Below are positions 1 through 9,018 of a stretch of DNA of 64,000 bases, piece by piece. A program made the translations under genes and the position numbers. The notes beneath the pieces are model-generated. The model worked only from the letters and a program-made list of their open reading frames with translations, had not been told where the DNA came from and searched no databases. Source of the stretch: a bacterium (GTDB taxonomy: Bacteria > Bacillota_I > Bacilli_A > Izemoplasmatales > UBA1188); the NCBI GenBank assembly GCA_017960565.1, contig JAGCYY010000009.1, positions 6,874-70,873 of the forward strand, written 5' to 3'. The stretch's first letter is position 1, and each line of letters opens with the position of its first letter.

Positions 1-1
1 A

Positions 2-226
2 GTTGTGAGCGAAGGAGAAATTAAAGAAGCAATAAGACGTAATCCGGGCGCAAAAGATTTAGATGGTATTAAAAGACGTGTAAGAGCTGGCATGGGTAGA
101 TGTCAGATGGGTTTCTGCACACCTAAGATTCTTGAAATATTAAGTCAAGAACTAGGATTAGATTTAGAAAATATAACTAAGAAAGGAAATGGTTCCGTCT
201 TATTAGAAGGAAGGATTAAAGAATGA
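2..226 (+). CDS. C-terminal end of an FAD-dependent glycerol-3-phosphate dehydrogenase/oxidase-like flavoprotein (5' part outside window)
   Basis: Reading frame is open to the window edge. The tail RRVRAGMGRCQMGFCTPKI resembles the BFD-like [2Fe-2S] Cys motif at the C-terminus of GlpA/LhgO-type enzymes. ATGA overlap with the next gene; glpK lies downstream. Confidence 0.6.
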   Translation, partial: VVSEGEIKEAIRRNPGAKDLDGIKRRVRAGMGRCQMGFCTPKILEILSQELGLDLENITKKGNGSVLLEGRIKE

Positions 227-1491
227 TGGAAAAACATAATTTAGTTATAGTTGGTGGTGGTCCTGCCGGTCTTGCAGCTGCAATTAGTGCCTATGATATG
301 GGTGAAACAGATATAATCATTCTTGAAAGAGAATCTAAACTTGGCGGAATATTAAATCAATGTATTCACAATGGCTTTGGTCTTCATACCTTTAATGAAG
401 AACTTACAGGTCCTGAGTATGCTCAAAGATTTATCGATGAGGTAAATAAAAGAAATATCAAATATTTATTAGATACTACAGTAATCAATATTACAAATGA
501 TAAACATATTAAAGCATTATCAACTTCCGGCTTATATAATATAGAAGCTAAAGCGATAATACTTTCTTGTGGATGTCGAGAAAGACCTAGAGGTGCTATA
601 AATATTGCTGGATCAAGAGCGAGTGGTATCTATTCAGCTGGTACAGCACAAAAATTAGTAAATATCGATGGCTATATGCCTGGAAAGGAAGTTGTAATAC
701 TAGGTTCAGGCGATATTGGTTTAATTATGGCAAGACGAATGATTTTTGAAGGCGCTAAAGTAAAAGCTGTAATAGAACTAATGCCTTATTCATCAGGCTT
801 AAATAGGAATATTGTTCAATGCTTAAATGATTTTAATATACCACTACTATTTAGTCATACTGTAATAGATATTAAAGGCAAAAATAGAGTAGAAAGTGTC
901 GTAATCGCAGAAGTTGATGAAAAACTAAATCCTAAACTTGAAACTAAACAAGAAATCAAATGTGATACACTCCTTTTATCTGTTGGACTTCTTCCTGAAA
1001 ATGAACTTGCAAGAGGTGCTGATGTCAATCTATCTCGTATTACAAGAGGAGCAATAGTAGATGATAACCTTATGACTAATATAGAAGGTATTTTTGAATG
1101 TGGTAATGTTCTTCATGTTCATGATTTAGTTGATTATGTCTGTGAAGAAGCAAAAGAAGCTGGAATTAAAGCATATGAATATATAAATAATAAAGATATA
1201 AATAATTATTCTAAAACTGAAATAATCTGTGAAAATGGTGTTAGATACACGGTTCCAGAATTGATAATTAAAAATAATGATAATATTCCATTAACTTTAA
1301 AACTAAGAGTTGGGAATGTATACAAAAAAGTTAAACTTGAAGTTAAATGTGATGATGAAATAATCTATTCTAGATTAAGACCAGTTGTTGCACCAGGTGA
1401 AATGGAAAAATTAGATTTAAAACCTGATCAAGTTCTAAAATTAAGAAATGCTAATACGATTAAAGTATATTTAAGGAGTATAGAAGAATGA
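223..1491 (+). CDS. NAD(P)/FAD-dependent pyridine nucleotide-disulfide oxidoreductase (second subunit of the clostridial-type glycerol-3-P dehydrogenase cluster)
   Basis: Two Rossmann motifs: N-terminal VIVGGGPAGLAAA and internal VVILGSGDIGLIMA. ATGA overlaps on both sides. Confidence 0.75.
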   Translation: MMEKHNLVIVGGGPAGLAAAISAYDMGETDIIILERESKLGGILNQCIHNGFGLHTFNEELTGPEYAQRFIDEVNKRNIKYLLDTTVINITNDKHIKALSTSGLYNIEAKAIILSCGCRERPRGAINIAGSRASGIYSAGTAQKLVNIDGYMPGKEVVILGSGDIGLIMARRMIFEGAKVKAVIELMPYSSGLNRNIVQCLNDFNIPLLFSHTVIDIKGKNRVESVVIAEVDEKLNPKLETKQEIKCDTLLLSVGLLPENELARGADVNLSRITRGAIVDDNLMTNIEGIFECGNVLHVHDLVDYVCEEAKEAGIKAYEYINNKDINNYSKTEIICENGVRYTVPELIIKNNDNIPLTLKLRVGNVYKKVKLEVKCDDEIIYSRLRPVVAPGEMEKLDLKPDQVLKLRNANTIKVYLRSIEE

Positions 1492-1847
1492 GAGAATTTA
1501 TCTGTATAAACTGCCCTCTTGGATGTAATTTAAAAGTAGATGATAGTGATTTATCAAACATCAAAGTTACTGGTAACACTTGTAAAAGAGGAGAAAAATA
1601 TGGAATTGATGAAGTATTGAATCCTAAAAGAATGGTTACATCAAGTGTTAAAGTAATAAATGGAAAAGAAAATGTCGTTAGTGTCAAAACAAAAGAAGCA
1701 ATTCCAAAAGCTCTAATCTTTGAATCTTTAAAATTATTAAAAAATTTAGTTTTATCTGCACCAGTAAAAATTGGTGATATTGTCATTAAAAATATTTTAG
1801 ACACTGGTGTTGATTTTATTGCGACAAGAAATGTAGATAAGGAATAA
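1488..1847 (+). CDS. DUF1667-type small Cys-rich protein
   Basis: 119 aa. CINCPLGC ... GNTCKRG motifs. Conserved position after the two flavoprotein genes and before glpK. Confidence 0.6.
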   Translation: MREFICINCPLGCNLKVDDSDLSNIKVTGNTCKRGEKYGIDEVLNPKRMVTSSVKVINGKENVVSVKTKEAIPKALIFESLKLLKNLVLSAPVKIGDIVIKNILDTGVDFIATRNVDKE

Positions 1848-1854
1848 TCTTTAT

Positions 1855-3351
1855 ATGAAAGAAAAATATATTTTATCTATAGACCAAGGCACAACATCTA
1901 GCAGAGCCATTGTTTTCGACAAAAAAGGGGAAATTATTGGTATTGGTCAACAAGAATTCAAACAAATCTATCCAAAACCAGGTTATGTAGAACATGATCC
2001 AACTGAAATATTATCAAGTGAGCTTGCCAGTATTCAGCAAGCTATTATTCGTGCTGGCATAACTATCGATAATATCGATTCAATAGGTATTACAAATCAA
2101 AGAGAAACAACTATTCTTTGGGATAAGAAAACTGGTAAACCTCTTTATAATGCGATTGTATGGCAATGTAGACGTACAGAAGATTATGTCAAAAAATTAT
2201 TAGAAAAAGATCCTTCTTTAGATGATATGGTATATGAAAAAACTGGACTAAGACTAGATCCATACTTTTCAGCAACTAAAATTAAATGGATATTAGATAA
2301 TGTTCAAGGAGTCTATGAAAAAGCTCAAAAAGGTGAAGTCTTATTTGGCACAGTTGATACATATCTTCTTTGGCATCTAACAGGAAGAAAAGTACATAAG
2401 ACAGATTACACAAATGCATCTAGAACACTTCTTTTTAATATTCATACACTTACATGGGATAATGATTTATTAAAATTATTTAATATCCCATCTTCTATCC
2501 TCCCAACTGTCCATCCATCAAGTTATGAATATGGATACACTGATACAAGCCTTCTTGGCAAAAAAGTACCTATTACAGGAATAGTTGGTGATCAACAATC
2601 ATCTCTTTTTGGACAACTCTGTATAAATAATGGCGATTGTAAAAATACATTTGGAACAGGTTGTTTCCTTCTTATGAATACAGGAAATAAACCAATTAAA
2701 TCATCTCATGGCCTTTTAACAACTCTAGCAGCATCGCTTGACGATAAACCGAATTATGTGCTTGAAGGATCAGTTTTTATCGGTGGTGCAACTGTTAAAT
2801 GGTTAATAGACGAGATGAGATTAATAAATAATCCAACTGATACAGAAAAGCTTGCGAATAAAGTTTGTGATACTGATGGTGTATATTTTGTGCCAGCATT
2901 TACAGGTCTTGGAGCGCCTTATTGGGATGGCGATGCAAGAGGTATAATTACAGGGCTAACACGCGGCACAACCAAAGAACAATTCGTAAGAGCGGCACTT
3001 GAAGGAATTGCATATCAAGTCTATGATGTTTTAAAAGCTATGGAAAATGATCTTGGTATTGATATTAGAACACTCTGTGTTGATGGTGGTGTATCTAAGA
3101 ATGATTTCTTAATGCAATTTGAATCAAATATTCTTAAAGCTGAAGTTAAACGTCCTAAAGTTATAGAAGTTACAGCACTTGGTGCTGCATATCTTGCTGG
3201 AATAAAGACAGGATATTGGAAAGATATAGATGATATTTCTAAAAATAAAGAAATAGAAAGATACTTTTTTCCACAGATGGATGATGTAGAAAGAACTAAA
3301 AAAATCCATGGTTGGCATCTTGCGGTTAAAAGAGCAATGCTCCACGATTAA
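1855..3351 (+). CDS. glpK: glycerol kinase
   Basis: 498 aa. FGGY kinase signatures: [40 protein letters not shown] and GAAYLAG. Confidence 0.95.
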   Translation: MKEKYILSIDQGTTSSRAIVFDKKGEIIGIGQQEFKQIYPKPGYVEHDPTEILSSELASIQQAIIRAGITIDNIDSIGITNQRETTILWDKKTGKPLYNAIVWQCRRTEDYVKKLLEKDPSLDDMVYEKTGLRLDPYFSATKIKWILDNVQGVYEKAQKGEVLFGTVDTYLLWHLTGRKVHKTDYTNASRTLLFNIHTLTWDNDLLKLFNIPSSILPTVHPSSYEYGYTDTSLLGKKVPITGIVGDQQSSLFGQLCINNGDCKNTFGTGCFLLMNTGNKPIKSSHGLLTTLAASLDDKPNYVLEGSVFIGGATVKWLIDEMRLINNPTDTEKLANKVCDTDGVYFVPAFTGLGAPYWDGDARGIITGLTRGTTKEQFVRAALEGIAYQVYDVLKAMENDLGIDIRTLCVDGGVSKNDFLMQFESNILKAEVKRPKVIEVTALGAAYLAGIKTGYWKDIDDISKNKEIERYFFPQMDDVERTKKIHGWHLAVKRAMLHD

Positions 3352-3404
3352 ATTAAAAATTATAAATTGACAATAAAATATCTTGTGTTAAAATATTAAT
3401 GCGT

Positions 3405-3481
<77 letters not shown>

Positions 3482-3495
3482 TTATATTAAACAAG

Positions 3496-3518
3496 ACATC
3501 TTATCAAGATGTTTTTTT
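3496..3518 (+). terminator. intrinsic terminator after tRNA-Arg
   Basis: ACATCTT-atc-AAGATGT hairpin followed by a T6 run. Confidence 0.6.
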
Positions 3519-3556
3519 AATCTAAAAATGATACTATAAAAAGGAAAACATAAATC

Positions 3557-5071
3557 ATGAAAAAAATATTAATTTTAGCTTTATTATTATCAGTAATAAT
3601 GCTTAGTTCCTGCTCATTATTTAAAAATAGCACTACAAAAACTCACAATTTAGATGATATATCGACCACTTCAAAAATCGATTCAAATATATCTACATCA
3701 ACTAAAACAAATGATAAAACAATTACTAATCCAGTTGATCATGTAAATTTTGTTGAAATTAATGACACACACGGACAACTCGTTTTTGAAAATGGTAAGA
3801 TGGGATTAAGTGAAGTTGGTTCTACAATAAAATATTTAGAGGAAGAAGACGGCCTTCCATATATTAAAATTGTAAATGGTGATTTATTTCAAGGAACATA
3901 TGTATCAAGAATGACTTATGGTAAGTGCTTCATAGATGCTCTAAATATTTTAGATTTTGATTTTATGGTAATGGGAAATCATGAATTTGATTGGACATTA
4001 GATAAAATTGCTGTTTATTTTGATGGAGATGAAACTAACGGAGAAGCAAATTTTCCAATTTTATGTTGTAATCTAAAAGATAAGAATACTGAATCAAGAC
4101 CTGATTGGGTAAAAGCTTACACAATCATTAATTATGGAGATGTTAAAGTTGGTATAATTGGTGCAATCGGTGGTACACTTGAAAGCTCTATATCCACAGA
4201 TAGCCTTCAAGATTATTATTTTGATACTCCAGATGAATACATAAAAGAATATGCTAAAGAACTAAGAGGCCTTGGCTGCAACATAGTTTGTCTTTCTATT
4301 CATGATTATGATCCAGAATATGAAAGAATAAGAACATTCAGCGCTGATGAAAGAATCGATGCAATTTTCTTTGGACATACTCATCAATCTTTAGACGGAT
4401 ATTATAATCGTGAATATGATAATTATAATATTCCATATGTTCAATCATATACAAAAAATGGTGATATCGGTACTATCAGAATTAATCTTGATAATGATAA
4501 AAATCCAAACAATGCTACAATCTGTCACTATAATTTAAATTATTATTATGAATTTGTGAATAATACTATTCCTGAATTAGATGATATGATAAGAACTAAT
4601 TATCAAACTATCATAGATAAAGGAAATAAAGTATTAATGCATATCAATGTTTTAGATTATGATACAAAAAAAGAAGTTGCTGATCTAGCAATAGATGCCC
4701 TACTCGATTTATATGAATCAGATGTTTGTATTTTAAATATGGGTGGTGTAAGAGATACACTGCATTCTGAAGAAGTTAGAACTTCAGATTTATTCGAAAT
4801 ATACCCCTTTGATAACAACATATGTATATTAGAAATGACTGGATTAAATTTAAATTTATATTTTAATACATTAAAAGATATTTATTATAATGAATCATTT
4901 GATTTATCTACAGTTGATGAAGACAAAGTCTATAAACTCGTTACTATTAATTATGTTGCAAATAAAAATAATCAAAGTGTTAAAACGTATTGTATAAACA
5001 ATGAATTTACAACACTTGATGATATTATGCGAGATGTTTTCATTGAATATGTCGATAATCATTATGAATAA
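3557..5071 (+). CDS. lipoprotein, 5'-nucleotidase / calcineurin-like metallophosphoesterase family
   Basis: Signal peptide with lipobox LSSC. Metallophosphatase motifs NDTHGQ, GDLFQG, GNHEFD and GHTH. C-terminal 5'-nucleotidase-like domain. Confidence 0.75.
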   Translation: MKKILILALLLSVIMLSSCSLFKNSTTKTHNLDDISTTSKIDSNISTSTKTNDKTITNPVDHVNFVEINDTHGQLVFENGKMGLSEVGSTIKYLEEEDGLPYIKIVNGDLFQGTYVSRMTYGKCFIDALNILDFDFMVMGNHEFDWTLDKIAVYFDGDETNGEANFPILCCNLKDKNTESRPDWVKAYTIINYGDVKVGIIGAIGGTLESSISTDSLQDYYFDTPDEYIKEYAKELRGLGCNIVCLSIHDYDPEYERIRTFSADERIDAIFFGHTHQSLDGYYNREYDNYNIPYVQSYTKNGDIGTIRINLDNDKNPNNATICHYNLNYYYEFVNNTIPELDDMIRTNYQTIIDKGNKVLMHINVLDYDTKKEVADLAIDALLDLYESDVCILNMGGVRDTLHSEEVRTSDLFEIYPFDNNICILEMTGLNLNLYFNTLKDIYYNESFDLSTVDEDKVYKLVTINYVANKNNQSVKTYCINNEFTTLDDIMRDVFIEYVDNHYE

Positions 5072-5076
5072 TTATT

Positions 5077-5104
5077 AGTGAGGGTAAAACTCTCGCTATT
5101 TTTT
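5077..5104 (+). terminator. intrinsic terminator
   Basis: 8-bp stem (agtgaggg/ctctcgct, two G-U pairs) with a taaaa loop, followed by a T-rich run. Confidence 0.45.
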
Positions 5105-5174
5105 AAAAAAAAGATAAATAATATCTAATTTTTAATGTTAAAATAAAAAAGTAATAAAAAAGGGGAATATAAAT

Positions 5175-6152
5175 ATGAATGATGTTAGACCAGAATCTTT
5201 AAAAAGAATTGAAACAAGTGCTCAAGCAAAAGCATACATCGAAAATGAAGTTGCCTCAATCAAGAAACAAGTAGGTAATAAAAAAGTATTATTAGCTCTA
5301 TCAGGTGGTGTAGATTCCAGTGTTTGTGCTGCATTATTAATAAAAGCTATAGGTAAAAACCTTGTCTGTGTGCATGTAAACCATGGACTACTTAGAAAAG
5401 GTGAAAGCGAACAAGTTATCAGTGTATTTAAGGAACAACTTGGCGCAACATTAATCTATGTTGATGCGGTAGATAGATTCTTAGATAATTTAAAAGGAAT
5501 CTCTGATCCAGAAGATAAACGCAAAACAATCGGTAAAATCTTTATTGATGTATTTAAAGAAGAATCTCAAAAGCTTAATGATATTTCTTTCTTAGGGCAG
5601 GGAACTATCTATCCAGATATCCTTGAAAGTAAAGGTGTTAAAGCTCATCACAATGTTGGCGGACTTCCAGAAGAACTCGGATTTGAGCTTGTTGAACCAG
5701 TTAAATTCTTATATAAAGATGAAGTAAGAATTGTTGGTAAAGAACTTGGACTTCCAGATTCAATGGTTTATCGTCAGCCATTCCCAGGTCCAGGTCTTGG
5801 CGTAAGATGTCTTGGTGCTATCACAAGAGATAGACTTGAAGCATTAAGAGAATCTGATTATATTTTAAGAGATGAATTCAAAAAAGCGAATCTAGAAGGT
5901 AAAGTATGGCAATATTTTACAATCGTTCCTGATTTAAAATCTACAGGTATCACTGATGGAATGCGAACATTTGAATGGCCAGTTATCATTAGAGCTGTCA
6001 ATACAAGAGATGCTGTCAGCGCAACTGTAGAAGAAATCCCATATGAAATATTATTTAAGATTAGAGATAGAATCTTAAGTGAAGTAAAAGGTGTTAATAG
6101 AGTATTATACGATATTACAAATAAACCTACCGCAACTATTGAATGGGAATAA
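5175..6152 (+). CDS. guaA: GMP synthase ATP-pyrophosphatase/dimerisation subunit (no glutamine amidotransferase domain)
   Basis: PP-loop LALSGGVDSSV; HHNVGGLP; PFPGPGLGVR; canonical C-terminus PTATIEWE. Only 325 aa, starting just before the PP-loop domain. Confidence 0.85.
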   Translation: MNDVRPESLKRIETSAQAKAYIENEVASIKKQVGNKKVLLALSGGVDSSVCAALLIKAIGKNLVCVHVNHGLLRKGESEQVISVFKEQLGATLIYVDAVDRFLDNLKGISDPEDKRKTIGKIFIDVFKEESQKLNDISFLGQGTIYPDILESKGVKAHHNVGGLPEELGFELVEPVKFLYKDEVRIVGKELGLPDSMVYRQPFPGPGLGVRCLGAITRDRLEALRESDYILRDEFKKANLEGKVWQYFTIVPDLKSTGITDGMRTFEWPVIIRAVNTRDAVSATVEEIPYEILFKIRDRILSEVKGVNRVLYDITNKPTATIEWE

Positions 6153-6160
6153 TAAATAAT

Positions 6161-6196
6161 AAAAGAATTGTGGATTTATTTGTCCACAATTCTTTT
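6161..6196. terminator. bidirectional intrinsic terminator between guaA-like gene and the secB-like gene
   Basis: 14-bp perfect stem AAAAGAATTGTGGA / TCCACAATTCTTTT with A/T runs built into both arms. Sits between convergent genes. Confidence 0.65.
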
Positions 6197-6220
6197 ATTA
6201 TTCTAAGTTCTTAACTAATT

Positions 6221-6652
6221 TTATGCGAAGACAGTTTCTTCAATTTTCATATCAATTTTTGGAGTAATAAGTGGAAGCATAATAGGTACTAAACCAGGTT
6301 GAGTAGTCAATAATGATACCTGTGATCTAACATATGGGAATAATGTGTTAACCATAATTTGTGGGAAAGTTGGATTTATTTCAGTATTGTCTAATACTCT
6401 AAATACGGCAACACTTTTTAGTTCCATATCGATTCTGATGTCTTCAGATTGAATAAATGTTGTCATTGTTAGTTTAAGATTCTTTTTATCGTTTGATTTT
6501 GCGATTTCAAATTTGTGTTTGATATCAAGCTTGATATTTCCTTGTGGAGATCGAACTTGATTAAATCTGATTGATTGAAAATATATATCAAGTAATCGAA
6601 TATCATCTGGTGTCATATTTTTATCGATATTTTCAAGTCTATTTGCATCCAT
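6221..6652 (-). CDS. SecB-like chaperone family protein
   Basis: 143 aa. The pattern along its length parallels E. coli SecB, most clearly NTLFPYVRSQVSLLTTQPGLVPIMLPLI versus [29 protein letters not shown]. Confidence 0.55.
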   Translation of the reverse strand: MDANRLENIDKNMTPDDIRLLDIYFQSIRFNQVRSPQGNIKLDIKHKFEIAKSNDKKNLKLTMTTFIQSEDIRIDMELKSVAVFRVLDNTEINPTFPQIMVNTLFPYVRSQVSLLTTQPGLVPIMLPLITPKIDMKIEETVFA

Positions 6653-6771
6653 AATTAAACCTTACCTTTAAAATAATTTTATATAATTATTATAAGTCTA
6701 TTTTCTTAAATTATCAAATTATTACCTAATTTATATATAAATTTAATCATTTAATTGAAAAAATATAAATT

Positions 6772-6789
6772 ATGTTAGATTTCTAACAT
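6772..6789. promoter_or_regulatory. perfect palindrome ATGTTAGA-tt-TCTAACAT, candidate MarR operator
   Basis: 8+2+8 inverted repeat ending 7 nt upstream of the -35 box of the marR-ABC operon. Confidence 0.4.
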
Positions 6790-6796
6790 TTTTTTG

Positions 6797-6825
6797 TTGA
6801 CTTTAATATATATTAAATATAGAAT
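6797..6825 (+). promoter_or_regulatory. sigma-A-type promoter of the marR-ABC operon
   Basis: TTGACT, 17-nt spacer, TAGAAT. Lies 27 nt upstream of the ATG at 6853; RBS AAAGGAG. Confidence 0.45.
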
Positions 6826-6852
6826 TGTAAATGTTGAAAAAGGAGAAAAATT

Positions 6853-7278
6853 ATGAAGAATGAATTAGTTCATTATCTTAAGAAAATATCCTGTATGATC
6901 GAACAAGGCCTAAGAGCTAACTCCCTAGATCTTTCTGGTGGACAGTGTTTCATAATTTCATATATTCATAAGATGGGGAATAAAGTCAATCAGAGTGAAC
7001 TAGAAAATGTTTTTGGTCAGAGAAGATCATCTATTTCATCTTTGATAACTAATCTAGAAAAAGATGGGATTATAGAAAGACTTGAAAGTCTAGAAGATAA
7101 AAGAAAAAAAGAACTTGTTTTAACAGAAAAAGGCATTAATCAATATAAAATTATTAGAAATAATATTAATAGATGTGAGAATAAACTCACCTCTAATATT
7201 TCAGATGATGACTTATCAACCATGCTTAAAGTTCTTACAAAAATGATAGATAATATGAAAGAAGGTACCAATCAATGA
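6853..7278 (+). CDS. MarR-family transcriptional regulator
   Basis: 141 aa. Winged-HTH region QSELENVFGQRRSSISSLITNLEKDGIIER...DKRKKELVLTEKG. ATGA overlap with the ABC gene. Confidence 0.8.
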   Translation: MKNELVHYLKKISCMIEQGLRANSLDLSGGQCFIISYIHKMGNKVNQSELENVFGQRRSSISSLITNLEKDGIIERLESLEDKRKKELVLTEKGINQYKIIRNNINRCENKLTSNISDDDLSTMLKVLTKMIDNMKEGTNQ

Positions 7279-9017
7279 AAAAGATATTTTCTTTATATAA
7301 ATATGCCGGTAAATACTGGATATATGCAGTTCTATGTCCAATATTTATGGTTGGAGAAGCTGTCTTAGAACTACAAATTCCAGATCAAATCGGTAATTTA
7401 ATAAACTATCTTAGATATACATCTGCTGAAGCTCTTGAACTTATGGAAATCTTAAAATATGGATTAATATTATTAGGTTTTTCCTTTGCCTCTCTTTTAA
7501 GTGGCATGATCGGTGGCATCACAGCCGCAATTGCTTCAAGTGGTTTTGCGAAGAATCTAAAAACTGATCTATTTAGAAAAATTGAATCATTCTCCTTTGC
7601 GAATATCGACAAATATTCAACATCAAGTTTAATCACAAGAATGACAACTGATTCTAACTGGATTCAACTCTCATTTGCGATGAGTATAAGAATGTTGTTT
7701 AGATCTCCTGCCTTATTTATATATGCAATAATCAAGGCAAGTAGAGTATCAGGCGATTTATCTATGATATTCTTCATCGCTGTACCATTTATTCTATTAG
7801 GACTTATTATCATATTCTTAACTGCGCATCCTCATTTTTCTAAAGGTATCAAGAAAATTGATAAATTAAACGAAGTTGTTGAAGAAAATGTTCGTGGAAT
7901 AAGAGTAGTTAAATCATTCACAAAAGAAAAAGCTGAAATCAATAAATTTGAAGCAGTAAGTAAAGATATTTATAAAGAATTCACATTTGCACAAAAGATT
8001 GTAAATTTAAATGAACCTGTGATGATGATTTCTATGTATACTGTTTTAATATTTATAGCGGTTATCGGTTCACAAATGACAGGAACAGGTGATTTAACAT
8101 CAGGTGAATTATATGAATTAATCACTTATTCATTCCAAATCTTAATCAATCTCATGATGATGTCAATGGTATTCTCTTTATTTATAATTAGTAAACCATC
8201 AAGAGATAGAGTATATGAAGTACTGCATGAAAAACCAACTATCACAAACCCTAATGATCCTATTATGGAAGTTAAAGATGGATCTATTGAATTTCATAAT
8301 GCATATTTCAAATATAATGAATCAAGTGAAAAATATGTTTTAAACAATATTAATCTTAAGATTAATTCAGGTGAAACAATCGGTATCCTCGGTACAACTG
8401 GTTCCTCAAAAACAACTTTAATATCTGTAATCGCAAGATTATATGATCTTTCAAGTGGTACAGTTAAAGTCGGTGGATATGATGTCAAAGAATATGATTT
8501 AAAGGTCTTAAGAGACGCTGTATCAGTCGTTCTTCAAAAGAACGTATTATTTAGCGGAACTATCTTAGATAACTTAAGATGGGGAAATAAAGATGCAACT
8601 GACACAGAATGTATAGAAGCATCTAAAATCGCTCAAGCTGATTCATTTATCGAACAATTCCCTGATAAATATAATACTTATATTGAACAAGGTGGATCTA
8701 ATGTTTCAGGAGGTCAGAAACAAAGATTATGTATCGCACGAGCGATTCTAAAGAATCCTAAAATATTGATTTTAGACGACTCTATGAGCGCTGTAGATAC
8801 TAAAACAGATAAACTTATTCGTGATGGACTAAAAGAATATCGTAAAGATATCACAAAGATAATAGTTGCACAAAGATGCGCATCAGTTATGGATGCGGAT
8901 AAGATAGTGATTATCGATAATGGTGAAATCATCGGTCTTGGTAATCATGATAATCTTATGAAAACATCTAAAGCTTATCAAGAAGTATATTATTCACAAA
9001 ACAAGGAGGTGAAGTAA
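7275..9017 (+). CDS. ABC exporter, fused permease/ATPase half-transporter (multidrug type)
   Basis: N-terminal 6-TM domain. Walker A GTTGSSKTT, signature VSGGQKQR, Walker B ILILDD. Confidence 0.9.
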   Translation: MKKIFSLYKYAGKYWIYAVLCPIFMVGEAVLELQIPDQIGNLINYLRYTSAEALELMEILKYGLILLGFSFASLLSGMIGGITAAIASSGFAKNLKTDLFRKIESFSFANIDKYSTSSLITRMTTDSNWIQLSFAMSIRMLFRSPALFIYAIIKASRVSGDLSMIFFIAVPFILLGLIIIFLTAHPHFSKGIKKIDKLNEVVEENVRGIRVVKSFTKEKAEINKFEAVSKDIYKEFTFAQKIVNLNEPVMMISMYTVLIFIAVIGSQMTGTGDLTSGELYELITYSFQILINLMMMSMVFSLFIISKPSRDRVYEVLHEKPTITNPNDPIMEVKDGSIEFHNAYFKYNESSEKYVLNNINLKINSGETIGILGTTGSSKTTLISVIARLYDLSSGTVKVGGYDVKEYDLKVLRDAVSVVLQKNVLFSGTILDNLRWGNKDATDTECIEASKIAQADSFIEQFPDKYNTYIEQGGSNVSGGQKQRLCIARAILKNPKILILDDSMSAVDTKTDKLIRDGLKEYRKDITKIIVAQRCASVMDADKIVIIDNGEIIGLGNHDNLMKTSKAYQEVYYSQNKEVK

Positions 9018-9018
9018 A

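Noticed and set aside
1460-1804. 114-aa minus-strand ORF. Many similar 60-130-aa antisense or off-frame ORFs also appear in the track (e.g. 3124-3345, 7406-7636, 12577-12810, 17024-17377, 21771-22082, 23082-23477, 26121-26450, 36933-37214, 45697-45936, 48055-48465, 56049-56294, 62850-63134).
   Set aside because: All are nested inside long ORFs with clear family motifs on the other strand or frame. Stop-poor antisense frames are expected in AT-rich, codon-biased genes. None has an RBS or a recognisable motif.
6161-6196. DnaA-box-like sequences (TTGTCCACA and TGTGGATTT) suggesting an origin
   Set aside because: They are the two arms of a terminator hairpin between convergent genes. There is no dnaA/dnaN nearby, no cluster of further boxes, and gene orientation here does not diverge.
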